Position numbers and translations under genes: made by a program
From: an uncultured Chloroflexia bacterium
GTDB lineage: Bacteria > Chloroflexota > Anaerolineae > Anaerolineales > Villigracilaceae
Length of the DNA: 64,000 nucleotides
Reading direction: 5' to 3'
NCBI GenBank assembly: GCA_963775435.1
Contig: CAVZIZ010000015.1
Coordinates: forward strand, 13,065-77,064
Notes under the pieces: model-generated
Seen by the model: only the letters and a program-made list of their open reading frames with translations
Told to the model about the DNA's origin: nothing
The model's database searches: none
Shown here: piece by piece, positions 19,703 to 30,022 of the stretch
Layout of the letters: every line of letters begins with the position of its first letter
How positions within the stretch are numbered: position 1 is the stretch's first letter

Positions 19703-20180
19703 TTCGAAACCTCCGTGATCAGAGAAGCATAAGCGGAGAATTGTGTAAATTCATGCCCGAAGTGATTATACTGCCTGCCCCTTTGGGCTTGCGGTGACAC
19801 ATTGGTACCGTCCAAGGATCGGCGTTGAGGTCCTCGTGTCCGTGGCTTCCCGTGACGAACCCTTTGATCGATCGGACTTGTCTCGCGTCTCGGTACCGGC
19901 TTTCCGTCTCGTCGTGGGTCACGTCTTTGCTGCACGGTCGCTCGCAGGCTTCCCGGGCCGCAGTGGCGGCGAATCATCGGTTACCTGATTATCCGGTGGA
20001 AACCGCCATCAAGGACCTCGAAATCCCGCACGGGGCTTATCCGGGTCGCGGCACCATGATCGCCGCAATGTCCGCGAAGTAATGCACGCTTTCCCTCGCC
20101 CCCGAAGTTCGCGAGCCGACGGCGAGTAGCCCACCTGGGGCCGGAGCGCATGCAATCACATGCACCCCGGCGGGCACGTA

Positions 20181-21131
20181 TTATCCGCTTCCGCACATAT
20201 AGAACGGGGATGACTGGGGCCACTCGAAGTAGCTGGGGGAAGTGACCGTCGCCTGCACCCAGCGTGGATTGGTCGAAGACGTATAGTGCTGGCTCCACTC
20301 ACCATAGTCGTAAGTCAAGGTCGAGGCGGAGGTGAAGCTCAACTTGATATTCCTCTTACCGTTCCCATCGCTCTGAGTGACGTTGAAGATGGTATTCACC
20401 GGCCCATTGCTCGTCAGATTGACGTAGATGTGCCAGAATGTGTTTGCCGTGGTGCATCTTCGTTCGATCGTATAGGTGACGTTCGTGATACCGTACACCG
20501 TGGAGGTTTTGGCGTTTTCCGGCGTTCCGCTTCCCACCACAACATCCACCCAGAAGGCGTTTCCGCTGCCGCTGTCACCGAAGACAAATCCCCATGGCGA
20601 CTGGAGCTTCCAGTATCCCTTGTACTCGCCGCCGGCCAATGGGGCCGTCAACACGATCGGAACGTCCACCGTGTCGCCTGGCAATGCGGGCTGCGGGAAG
20701 TCGTAGACAGTAGCCGCCCCCATCAGGTCCCCTGAAACGTAGACAAGCTTCCAGGTCTTGTACCAGGGGCAGGTTCCCGTATTCTGAATGCGCCATACCT
20801 TGGTGAAAACCTCGCCGGGGCTCATGATGGCTCCGTCGGGGATCGTCTCGCTGACGAAGCTGGCGCTGGCGGTGCACTGGTTGCTGCCGGTCGGTGCCGT
20901 AGGCGGCGCCTTGGTGGAAGCGGCGGTGGGCGAACCAGCTGGCGTCAGCGTGGGGGTCGGAGGAGCCGGCGTCGGCGTGAAGTCTGCGGCCTGGGTATCT
21001 TGGGCCTCTACGGTGAGGGCGACCGAAGTAGCAATGGCCGCCTCATTGGCCGCCGCGGGGACGCAGGCTGGCAGAACCAGCGAAAGGCATACGATCAGGG
21101 CTGTAACGGCATACTTATGTTGTACAGTCAT
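20181..21131 (-). CDS. Lipoprotein with NBR1 FW-like domain plus extra C-terminal domain
   Basis: Start at MTVQHKYAVTALIVCLSLVLPAC, a PT-rich linker (TPTPAPPTPTLTP), then GEVFTKVWRIQNTGTCPW. Confidence 0.7.
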   Translation of the reverse strand: MTVQHKYAVTALIVCLSLVLPACVPAAANEAAIATSVALTVEAQDTQAADFTPTPAPPTPTLTPAGSPTAASTKAPPTAPTGSNQCTASASFVSETIPDGAIMSPGEVFTKVWRIQNTGTCPWYKTWKLVYVSGDLMGAATVYDFPQPALPGDTVDVPIVLTAPLAGGEYKGYWKLQSPWGFVFGDSGSGNAFWVDVVVGSGTPENAKTSTVYGITNVTYTIERRCTTANTFWHIYVNLTSNGPVNTIFNVTQSDGNGKRNIKLSFTSASTLTYDYGEWSQHYTSSTNPRWVQATVTSPSYFEWPQSSPFYMCGSG

Positions 21132-21237
21132 TCTTGCTTCCTTTCGAGCAGGCAAGGATTATACCTGCTTTGAAAAAACGACCGCCCGGCTGGGGTGCCG
21201 GGCGCTTGGTTGCATGCGTGTCGACGCCGGCGCGGTT

Positions 21238-22146
21238 CTAAGGGGAGCTGCAGGTGGATGTGAACTCCTGGTGGCCAAAATCCTGGTGATTTGGCTCGTC
21301 AACATAGATGCCTAGCCAGCGTGTAGCCGAGCCTGCTGAGGTAGGCAGCTGCCAAATGTTGTCCACGTCTTGGCTGCCGGCTGCATCGAAGTGCTGGATC
21401 ATGACGGTGGAGTTGACCCCGTCGGATCGCGTCCAGTGGTACTTGACGTCGCCCGCCGCGCTCGTGGTTATGTGGGCGGTGACGGTCGGACAATCGTGAT
21501 GCAAGCCGTCATCACTGGTACTAAACGAGTATGTCACGTGCGTGACCGCGAACTCTCCGCCTGTCCCGCCGCCGACCGATACCTGTACATAGAAGCGCGA
21601 GAAGATCACGCCGGCGGCATTGCGCAGACCCCAGCTGCCGGTGTGGCTGCCATTGTCCCCGGGTGCCTTGAGTGCAACCGAAAGGTCCACAGTCTGGCCC
21701 GGATTCACGTTCCCCACCAGACTCTGCACGGCTGGTCCGCCCATCGAGTCCCCTGAGGTAAACACGACCGCGTAGGACGGCGTCCAGGAACACGTGCCTG
21801 TGTTCTGTAGCCGCCACGTCTTGGTGAAGGATTGGCCGGCGTCGACTGCCGCACCGTCGGGATAGGTTACATCTGCGACAAAATCCGCCATATCGCAGTC
21901 TGACGTTGGCGTCGCCGCCGGAGTCGTGGTGGCAACGGCTGCCGTCACGGACGGCAGCGTCGGAAAGGCCGCCATTGTGGAAGTCGGCGTTGTAGATGGC
22001 GACGCGGCCGTCAGGTCCGCCTCGACCGTCAGGGCCGCTGCGGTTTGAGCCGCTGCCGTCGCCTCAACCCGCGCGGGCAGATTGCATCCTGAAAGCAGGA
22101 CCGCCGCCAGCGCGAGCCCACAAGGCACCGTTGCCGCCATTCGCAT
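21238..22146 (-). CDS. Lipoprotein with NBR1 FW-like domain plus extra C-terminal domain
   Basis: Start at MRMAATVPCGLALAAVLLSGC with GGGAGG RBS, then GQSFTKTWRLQNTGTCSW. The C-terminal half is similar in layout to 20181..21131. Confidence 0.7.
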   Translation of the reverse strand: MRMAATVPCGLALAAVLLSGCNLPARVEATAAAQTAAALTVEADLTAASPSTTPTSTMAAFPTLPSVTAAVATTTPAATPTSDCDMADFVADVTYPDGAAVDAGQSFTKTWRLQNTGTCSWTPSYAVVFTSGDSMGGPAVQSLVGNVNPGQTVDLSVALKAPGDNGSHTGSWGLRNAAGVIFSRFYVQVSVGGGTGGEFAVTHVTYSFSTSDDGLHHDCPTVTAHITTSAAGDVKYHWTRSDGVNSTVMIQHFDAAGSQDVDNIWQLPTSAGSATRWLGIYVDEPNHQDFGHQEFTSTCSSP

Positions 22147-22305
22147 TTCCGCCTCCCTTAAAAGACCGCCGGACATTGTAATGCAAAGACATAGGGTGGG
22201 CACTATCCCGCTTACCGTGCGACGGAATTACCGGGCAGCCACGTCTTGCGGCCCTGGCTCGGCCCCCGTTCTCGGTCTTCCTTCAGCGATGCCGCTTGCC
22301 CTGTC

Positions 22306-23571
22306 CTATTGCTTCTCGTATGGTAGCCCATCGGCCGCTGGCGGGATGGCTCGGCCGACAATGCCGGTCAGCACGATCATTGTCACAATGTAGGGGGCCA
22401 TGGCGAGGAATTCCGACGGAATCGGCACCCGCAGGATCTGCATCTTCACCTGCAGTAAATCGGCGAAGCCAAAGAGCAGAGACGAAAGAAAAGCCCCAAT
22501 CGGATTCCACTTCCCGAAGATCATTGCCGCCAGGCCAATGAAACCTTTGCCCGCCGTCATGTTTTGGTCGAACCGTCCGACCGAGCCAACTGTGAAGTAG
22601 GCGCCTCCGATGCCGGCGATCATGCCGCCGATGATCACGTTGACATAGCGCGTCATGAACACGTTGATGCCCAGCGTGTCTGCTGCCTTCGGATGCTCAC
22701 CCACGGCCCGCGTGCGCAACCCCCAGGGCGTGTAGAACAGTAACACGTGCAGCACCGCAACCAGCACAATGGTAATGTAGACGATGGGGCTCTGTTCGAA
22801 GAATATGGGGCCGAGGACGGGGATCTTCGAGAGCAGCGGAATGGAGATCACCTTGAAGGTGCCCGAATTGTTCAGCAGGTCGACGTTCGACTCCAGGTAC
22901 CGGGACGAGATGAAGGAAGTGATGCCCGTCCCGAAGATGTTGATGGCGACGCCGCTCACAATCTGATCCACGTTGAACCGAATTACCAGCCACGCATGCA
23001 GGGCTGCCACGAGTCCCCCGGTGATGATGGCAACGATCAGGCCGACAACCAGGCTGTGCGAAAGGGTGCCCGCAATTACCGCGGTCATGGCCGCGATGAG
23101 CATGATGCCCTCGATGGCAATATTCACTACGGCTGCCCGCTCGCTGATCACGCCGCACAGGGCCGCAAGCGCAATTGGGATCGCCCGCCCCACGGTTCCA
23201 TTTAACATGCCCACCAGGTTGAAAGACTTGTCCTGCGTGGCCCACACCAGGAACGCGGCCACAAAGCAGAACGAGACGATCGCGACTGACCAGCCCGCCG
23301 AGCGACCGCCGCCGCGCGCCAGTTGCCATGCGCCCAGGAAGACCGTCACCAGGATCAATCCGTACAAGGCGGGCTGTACCGGCACAACCAGGTCGGGGAT
23401 CTCCACTGCCGAGTCGCCCAAGTTCATGCCAAACGAAGCGGTTTGTCCCGGCTGCGTGCCGGTAACAAACAGCACGAACATCAGCAACCCGAATGCCAGA
23501 AGCGCGATGCCCGTTGCCAGGCGTTGCCGATTGGCGAAGGCCGGTGTCGCGGAGAGTGTCTGCTCTGCCAT
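22306..23571 (-). CDS. ABC transporter permease (BMP/nucleoside-type importer)
   Basis: 421-aa polytopic ORF of the branched-chain/ribose-type permease family, sitting in an operon with an ATPase and BMP binding proteins. Confidence 0.8.
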   Translation of the reverse strand: MAEQTLSATPAFANRQRLATGIALLAFGLLMFVLFVTGTQPGQTASFGMNLGDSAVEIPDLVVPVQPALYGLILVTVFLGAWQLARGGGRSAGWSVAIVSFCFVAAFLVWATQDKSFNLVGMLNGTVGRAIPIALAALCGVISERAAVVNIAIEGIMLIAAMTAVIAGTLSHSLVVGLIVAIITGGLVAALHAWLVIRFNVDQIVSGVAINIFGTGITSFISSRYLESNVDLLNNSGTFKVISIPLLSKIPVLGPIFFEQSPIVYITIVLVAVLHVLLFYTPWGLRTRAVGEHPKAADTLGINVFMTRYVNVIIGGMIAGIGGAYFTVGSVGRFDQNMTAGKGFIGLAAMIFGKWNPIGAFLSSLLFGFADLLQVKMQILRVPIPSEFLAMAPYIVTMIVLTGIVGRAIPPAADGLPYEKQ

Positions 23572-23583
23572 GTTGTAGTCTCT

Positions 23584-24897
23584 CTATTTGCCCCAACCGC
23601 GCGTGAGCACGGTTTGATCTGTCGCGCCGATCCGCAGGTGGTAGATCCAGCGAATAATCGCTGGCGCCGCCACGAAAATGATGACCATGCCCTGAATCAC
23701 GGAGATGATGTGAATCGGGATACGCGCCATCGATTGCATGCCGGTGGCGCCGCCTCGCAGGATGCCGAACAATAGGGCCGCAAGCACGACCCCCAGCGGA
23801 TGGCTCTTTCCGAGCAGCGCCAGAGCGATTGAGTCGAAGCCGTAGCCCGCCGAGAAGCCTTGCCCCACCCAGTGATCGACCCCCAGGACTTGGACTGCGC
23901 CGGCGAGCCCCGCCAGACCGCCGCTGAGCGTCATCACCAGGACAAAGTTGCGGAGGACGCTCATTCCGGCGTACTTGGCGGCGTCCGGATTGGCCCCCAC
24001 GGCGCGGATTTCGAAGCCGAGCGTGGTCTTGAATAGGAACCAGTAGACCAGCAAAGCGAACACCAGCGCCAGCGGAAATCCCCAGTTGAAGCGCAGCGGC
24101 TCGGGGAAGAATCGCGGAATCTCGGCCGTTACATTCACGCTTGGCGTGACAGGCCGGAAACCTATGGACTTCATCGGGCCGGACAGCAACCAGTCGCTTA
24201 ATCGGAAGGCGATCCAGTTCATCATGATGGTGTTGACTACTTCGTGGGCACCGAACTTGGCCTTAAGGTAGCCCGGGATAGCGCCCCAAATTGCGCCGGC
24301 CAGTGCGCCGCCCAGCAAGGCCAGCGGCATGTGGATGTACCACGGGAGGCCGCTGATGCTGTACCCAACAAATGCGGCTCCCAGCGCTCCCATGAAAAAC
24401 TGCCCTTCGGCTCCAATATTGAAAAGGCCGCACCGAAATCCGACGGCGACGGCCAGGCCGGTGAAAATGTAGGGCGTGGTCAGCACCAGGCTCTCCGTGA
24501 ACGGGTAGATCGCCTTGTACAACAAATCGGGCTGACCGGTCGCTAGGTAGGTCCGCACTCCGACGACAATGTCGCTGGGATTTCCGAGCGCTCCGGCAAA
24601 CAAGGCACCGTACGCCTGGATGACGGCGTCCCAGGACGCCCGAAAGGGAGCGAAAGGATTGCTGAAGAAGTTGCCCCAGGCGGCAATCGCCGCGTCATTT
24701 GCCAGGGCAATGATTACGCCGCCCACAACCAGTCCGGTAAACACGGCCAGCGCGGGCTGCACCACGTTGTTGATCCAGAATGCTGCCCGCTCGTTGCCCT
24801 CGTTGGCCGCAGAACCCGGCGCTACGGGTGTTGCTGGGGGGGCGACACTCTGTGGGCGCTCAGAGGTCGAGCGCTTGGCGCCTTTTTTTTCTGCCAT
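23584..24897 (-). CDS. ABC transporter permease (BMP/nucleoside-type importer)
   Basis: 437-aa polytopic ORF adjacent to, and similar in type to, the second permease. Confidence 0.8.
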   Translation of the reverse strand: MAEKKGAKRSTSERPQSVAPPATPVAPGSAANEGNERAAFWINNVVQPALAVFTGLVVGGVIIALANDAAIAAWGNFFSNPFAPFRASWDAVIQAYGALFAGALGNPSDIVVGVRTYLATGQPDLLYKAIYPFTESLVLTTPYIFTGLAVAVGFRCGLFNIGAEGQFFMGALGAAFVGYSISGLPWYIHMPLALLGGALAGAIWGAIPGYLKAKFGAHEVVNTIMMNWIAFRLSDWLLSGPMKSIGFRPVTPSVNVTAEIPRFFPEPLRFNWGFPLALVFALLVYWFLFKTTLGFEIRAVGANPDAAKYAGMSVLRNFVLVMTLSGGLAGLAGAVQVLGVDHWVGQGFSAGYGFDSIALALLGKSHPLGVVLAALLFGILRGGATGMQSMARIPIHIISVIQGMVIIFVAAPAIIRWIYHLRIGATDQTVLTRGWGK

Positions 24898-24906
24898 GAT
24901 GGACTC

Positions 24907-26478
24907 CTAGAAGACGCGCTCCACTTCTTCGGTCGCCTTCTTCTTGGGCGCCGTCCGGCCCGCCTTGGAGGCCTCGATGCCGGCCATCAGCAAGCCCAGA
25001 TATTCCTTGTCTGTCTTGCTGGCCTCGACAATTTCCATGATGCGACCCCGATAAATTACTGCAATCCGGTCCGAAAGCGCCAGGATCTCGTCCAGTTCCG
25101 AAGACACCAAGAGCACCGCCGTGCCCTCGTCCCGCTTCTCGATGATTCGGTTGTGGATGTATTCGATGGAGCCCACGTCCAGGCCGCGCGTTGGCTGCGA
25201 AGCGATGAGCAGTTGAATTGGGCGGGAGAACTCCCGTGCCACAATGACCTTTTGCTGATTTCCCCCGGAAAGGCTGGATGCATTCAAGTAGACGCTGGGC
25301 GTCCGAATGTCAAACTGTTTGACCAGCTTCTCCCCGTTCTCAATAATGGTACGTTCCTGCAACTGCATGCCTCTCGCAAAAGGCGGCAGATAGTAGTTGC
25401 ACAAGACCAGATTATCGTAGATGGGGAAGGAAAGCACCAAACCGTGTTTCTGACGATCTTCGGGAATGTGGGCTATCCCGCGTTCCAGGACCTGGCGCGG
25501 CGTCAGGTGTTTAACCGTTTTTCCTAGGAGGTCTATCTCGCCGCTCTGTATCGGCAGCAAGCCTGTCAGCGCGTAGACCAGCTCCGTCTGGCCGTTACCT
25601 TGCACGCCCGCGATGCCCAGCACCTCGCCCGTGCGTACGTCGAAGCTGGCCCCGTTCACGACGGTGTTGCCGCGCAAGTCACGAACGAAGAGACCGCGCA
25701 CAGCCATGGCCGTTTCCCCGGGGCTCGCAGGCTTCTTGCGGACCACAAGGTTAACGTCGCGGCCCACCATCATTGACGCCAGCTTCTTGGGGTCGACGTC
25801 CTTGGGCGCGACCGTGCCTACCGTACGGCCGCCGCGCAGTACGGTGATGCGGTCGGCGACCTCCATCACCTCCTTGAGTTTGTGGGTGATGAAAATGATC
25901 GATTTGCCCTTCTCGATCAATGTCTGCAAAATTCGGAAGAGTCCTTCGACCTCCTGGGGGGTTAGCACGGCCGTGGGCTCGTCGAGGATCAGAATATCGG
26001 CAGCCCGGTACAAGATCTTGATGATCTCCACCCTCTGTTGTATTCCGACCGACAGGTCCTTGACGTAGGCATCAGGATTTACTTCCAGGCCATACGCCTC
26101 GGAAATTTCCTGGATCCGGCCCGCGACCTTGGCTTGGTCGAGAAAGACTTCCCCGCGAGTAGGCTCAACGCCCAGCATCACATTCTCGGTCACGGTCATG
26201 ACAGGCACGAGCATGAAATGCTGATGCACCATCCCGACGCCAAGGGCGATGGCATCGTTGGGGGTATGTATCTCCGCTACCTTGCCGCCCACCATGATCT
26301 CGCCGGAATCGGGCTTGTACAGGCCGTAGAGAATATTCATCAAGGTGGTCTTGCCTGCCCCGTTTTCGCCCAGCAGGGCATGGATTTCACCCTTCTCCAG
26401 GGTAAGGTCGATGTGGTCGTTGGCAAGCACGCCGGGGAAGGACTTTGTGATACCGCGTAGTTCCAGGACGGTCGTCAT
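24907..26478 (-). CDS. ABC transporter ATP-binding protein with two fused ATPase domains
   Basis: Start at MTTVLELRGITKSF with AGGAGA RBS. It has Walker A GENGAGKTT, LSVGIQQR and LSGGNQQK signatures, and two Walker B sites (ILILDEP, LLIASQPTRGLD). Confidence 0.9.
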   Translation of the reverse strand: MTTVLELRGITKSFPGVLANDHIDLTLEKGEIHALLGENGAGKTTLMNILYGLYKPDSGEIMVGGKVAEIHTPNDAIALGVGMVHQHFMLVPVMTVTENVMLGVEPTRGEVFLDQAKVAGRIQEISEAYGLEVNPDAYVKDLSVGIQQRVEIIKILYRAADILILDEPTAVLTPQEVEGLFRILQTLIEKGKSIIFITHKLKEVMEVADRITVLRGGRTVGTVAPKDVDPKKLASMMVGRDVNLVVRKKPASPGETAMAVRGLFVRDLRGNTVVNGASFDVRTGEVLGIAGVQGNGQTELVYALTGLLPIQSGEIDLLGKTVKHLTPRQVLERGIAHIPEDRQKHGLVLSFPIYDNLVLCNYYLPPFARGMQLQERTIIENGEKLVKQFDIRTPSVYLNASSLSGGNQQKVIVAREFSRPIQLLIASQPTRGLDVGSIEYIHNRIIEKRDEGTAVLLVSSELDEILALSDRIAVIYRGRIMEIVEASKTDKEYLGLLMAGIEASKAGRTAPKKKATEEVERVF

Positions 26479-26571
26479 CAGGAGTTCTCCTGCTCTCAAG
26501 CGAGCTTCGGCCTTATGTTTCCCCCCAGGCCCGCTGGCCCTCACAGGGATATTCGTGTCCGGCGCATGGAT

Positions 26572-26610
26572 GACAAAAAGAGGGCCGGGAACTTCCCCCG
26601 GCCCTCTTTG
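26572..26610 (-). terminator. Hairpin plus U-tract between the binding-protein gene and the ATPase gene (intrinsic terminator/attenuator)
   Basis: On the minus strand, AAAGAGGGCCGGG-7 nt loop-CCCGGCCCTCTTT forms a 13-bp stem and is followed by TTGTCA (AAAAA on the + strand at 26575-26579). Confidence 0.6.
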
Positions 26611-26632
26611 TCAGGCGCGTACTTGACAGATG

Positions 26633-27731
26633 TTACTTACCAAGCACTCCATCGACGGTGAGCGATCCATCGATTAGCGCCGCTTTCGCCGCCGCGATCT
26701 CGCTCTTGAGGTCGGCAGGCACCTGGCTGTCGAAATCATGGAACGGTGCCAGATCGACGCCGCCGTCCTTGATGGTGTAGACCACCGTACCGCCCGTAAA
26801 TTTTCCGGCGACGGCGTCACTGATCGTGCTCAACACCGCAACATCGATCTTCTTCTGGACGCTGGTCAGCACCACGCTCTGGTATTCGGGGGCGCTGACA
26901 TACCAGTCGGTGTCAACCCCGACGATCCAGCACTTGCCGGTCTCTTTGCAGACCGCCGCGGAGCCCAATCCCACAGGACCTGCAACGGGCATGATGATAT
27001 CGGCGCCTTCCTGCATCAGGGACTCGGCGAATTTCCGTCCATCGTCGGTGGAATCAAAGTTACCGGTGAACAGCCCATCGTCTTTGGCGGTATCCCAGCC
27101 CAGGATCTTCACGCTGGCGCTCTTCTGCTGGTTGTAGTACTTGACGCCTGCCTCGAAGCCCTTCATGAAGATTGTCACCGTGGGGATCTTGATGCCGCCG
27201 AAAGTGCCGACTGTGCCCGTCTTCGTCATTCCTGCGGCAGCGTAGCCGGCCAGGAATGCAGCCTGATCGGTTTGGAACGCCAGGCCGCGCACGTTCGACA
27301 AATCAGTCGACGAGCCGCAATCCTTGCCTTCAACCGCGCCGGGATAGCAATCCGGGTAGGTGTAGTCTACGATCGCAAAATTCGTGCCGGGGTTGGCCTT
27401 CGCCGCCGTTGCCGTATCCACGCCGAGCAGGAATCCGACGGTGATGATCAGGTTGTCCTTCTCGCTGAGAAACTGCTGGATGTTCTTGGCGTAGTCGGAT
27501 TGATCCTTGGACTCCAGATACTTCCCATCCGCGCCGAATTGGCTGATGGCTTGCTGAACGCCTGACCACGCGCAGCGCGTTGAAGGACTTGTCGTCCACG
27601 CCGCCCAGGTCTGTTACTTCACCAACCTTAAAGCCTCCGCTCGCGGGAGCCGGGGCGGCCGGCGCGCCGCATGCCGTCAGCAGCAACGAGGCAGAAAGCA
27701 CGATTGCCACAATTAGGTAAAGCTTTTTCAT
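26633..27731 (-). CDS. BMP-family ABC substrate-binding lipoprotein, one apparent frameshift near 27570
   Basis: MKKLYLIVAIVLSASLLLTAC lipobox and GGVDDKSFNA. After a 1-nt shift it continues AWSGVQQAISQFGADGKYLE...ITVGFLLGV into listed ORF 26633..27421. Confidence 0.75.
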
Positions 27732-27904
27732 TGTTCTTCTCCTGTCAGGTTTTGGCACTTCATCACAGCTTGTTATGGTACGGACGCTGATTTCCGGCTG
27801 CGGCACCTCCTGTTTGAAGGTTGACCTTGTAATCCCGTCCTGGGTTCCCCATATGCGTAATTCAAGTATACATTGGCCGTTGCGTTTGTGCAAGACCGCG
27901 CAAT

Positions 27905-28980
27905 TCAGGGAAGCAGATAAGGCACATCCAGGGGAATTTCTCCGTTGTCAAGCGCAGCGCGGATCTCCGCCAGTCGGCTCATCGCCACGCTCGGGACGCG
28001 GCCTTCCATGTCGTGAAACGGGGCAAGTTCGACCTGGCCGAAGTAGTCGCCTGCCGGAAGGGTGCCTTGCCTTGCGGCCTCCAGAAGATCCCGCACACTC
28101 GAGCGCACATCGTTCACGGCACTGGTCAGCAGGCTCGGCCGCAGGTCCGGGAGACGGTCATACAAGTCAGTTTCTGTCCCGATCACCAGAGCCCCATTCT
28201 CCGCTGCCGTCAGCAAGGCGGCGTCCGCCGTCTCACCGCCCGCGGCAAATACGATGTCTGTGCCCTCGTTTACGGCGCGCCAAGGCAGCCGCCCGGCCCC
28301 AGGCCGCGTCGTGGAATAGCGATTCCGTCGGGCCGTCGCGATAAGAAACGGAGACGTGAACGGTGGGGTCTGTGTAAATCGCCCCTGCCTGGAACCCATC
28401 ACAGTACCGTCGAATGGAGTCTATGAAATTCGCCTCGCAAACCGCGGCGACCCGGCCCGTCTGACTGACGAGGCCCGCCAGCGCGCCGGCAAGAAATCCA
28501 CTGCGCTCCTCGTGAAATTCGAGCCCGACCAGATTTGGAATCCTGGTCTCTTGTGCTTGTTCTACCCCGATGAAGTGCAAGTCTGGATGGAGTTGCGCCG
28601 CTGCGGTGGTTTCCTCGCCGATGGACGCTCCCACGGTGACGATGATGTCATATCGATCGTCGGTTAGCACCGCAATGTTTGCCGCCCGGTCCCGCGAATC
28701 GAGCGTCTCAATCCGATCGACCCGGTCGAGCAACCCGCTGGACTTCGCATCCTGTAATGCCTGCCAGGCCTCGGAGTTGATGCCCCCATCGGTGACCGTG
28801 CCAAAGTCGGTGACCAGGCCCGCGCACCAAACATCTGGCCTCGCGCAATCTTGAGGCCTGGGGCTGCACCCGGCGAGCAGCAGGGCGGCGCCATAGCTGA
28901 GCAGTAGGATGGCTTCTCCGAAACGAATCCGATGACGGCGGCCGTTCGTTTCCGGCGCGCTGGCGGCAAATGTGCTTCAC
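27905..28980 (-). CDS. Second BMP-family substrate-binding lipoprotein, at least two apparent frameshifts; start uncertain
   Basis: The lipobox region [27 protein letters not shown] and [17 protein letters not shown] lie in a frame that feeds listed ORF 28233..28733. That ORF joins ORF 27905..28402 near 28270-28300 ([16 protein letters not shown]). The only nearby start is a GTG at 28980, in another frame. Confidence 0.5.
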
Positions 28981-29037
28981 GCGTTCTGGGATTTGGCCTA
29001 TCTTGGCGGAAAAGCGGGCCATTCTGGTATGGTGCTA

Positions 29038-29785
29038 TCAGGGGGGTTCTATGAAGCCCAATCCTCTGACGAAGGTCGCATCGTCCGGGCTGAGCTGGCC
29101 TCTTCCGCAGCAGGTCAGGCCGCCGCTCGGCAGTCCTTAGCAGGGACTGCTCATGCCGCCATTTCTCTATACGCGCGTGGTCTCCGGATAGCAGCACCTC
29201 CGGCACCCTCTCACCTCGGAATTCCGGTGGCCGCGTGTAGTGCGGATACTCAAGCAGGCCGGCCGCGTGCGAGTTGTCGACCGCTCCGTCCGGGTCACCG
29301 AGGGCGCCGGGTAGCAGCCGCGTCACCGCGTCGATGACGATCAGGGCCGGAAGCTCGCCGCCGGTGAGTACATAATCCCCGATGGAAACTTCGTCTGTCG
29401 CCAGCCTGCGGATGCGCTCATCCACGCCCTCGTAGCGCCCGCAGATCAGGGCGATTCTTTCATGGTGTGACCATTCTTGCGCAAGATCTTGAGAAAGCAC
29501 ACGACCCTGTGGCGTCAGAAGCACGACCGGGCACGCCGGGCTTTCCGACTGCTCAAGGCCCAGGACGGTTTCAATGGCCTCGAAGACTGGATCGGGCTTC
29601 ATGACCATGCCGCCGCCGCCGCCGTAAGGAACGTCGTCGGTCGTGTGATGCTTGTCGTGGGTGAAGTCACGAATGTTGTGCACGTGCACGTCCAGGATCC
29701 CACGCTGTCGAGCGCGCAGCAAGATGCTGCTCTCCAGGTACGGGGGAAACACATCCGGCAAGACCGTGAACACGTCGAATCGCAC
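29038..29785 (-). CDS. trmD: tRNA (guanine37-N1)-methyltransferase, apparent frameshift near 29105
   Basis: [17 protein letters not shown]...[16 protein letters not shown]...[12 protein letters not shown]...[13 protein letters not shown]. After RPDLL the adjacent frame reads [18 protein letters not shown]-stop at 29038. The listed 373-aa ORF is a read-through. Confidence 0.8.
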
Positions 29786-30022
29786 ACAAGGATTCTAGCA
29801 TAGGCATCCCAGGCCGACGCGGAATCAGACCCACCGTTGGATGCCCCATGCCGGCGCTTCGTCGGTGTCCTCGCTCCGGTTAGAGGCCGATAAGTCCCCC
29901 TGCTTGACGCTGCCTCGCGGCGGATGGTAAGATACTTTAAGTCTTCGTGTATTGGTAGGTTCCTGGATGCCGACGCCAATCGGGTCGGGGGCGCGAGGGC
30001 TTTCCACCTAAGGGAAAAATAC

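Noticed and set aside
19947-19967. Cobalamin-riboswitch-like fragment on the minus strand (GCCACTGCGGCCCGGGAAGCC)
   Set aside because: Only this one element resembles the consensus. I could not find a convincing B12 box or the GGTG...AATCC core, and the downstream gene is not a cobalamin-related function.
28664-29037. 125-aa C-terminal extension of TrmD in the listed 373-aa ORF
   Set aside because: The extension is Arg/Pro-rich nonsense that overlaps the start of the downstream lipoprotein gene. A 1-nt shift after RPDLL gives a normal TrmD ending and stop at 29038.
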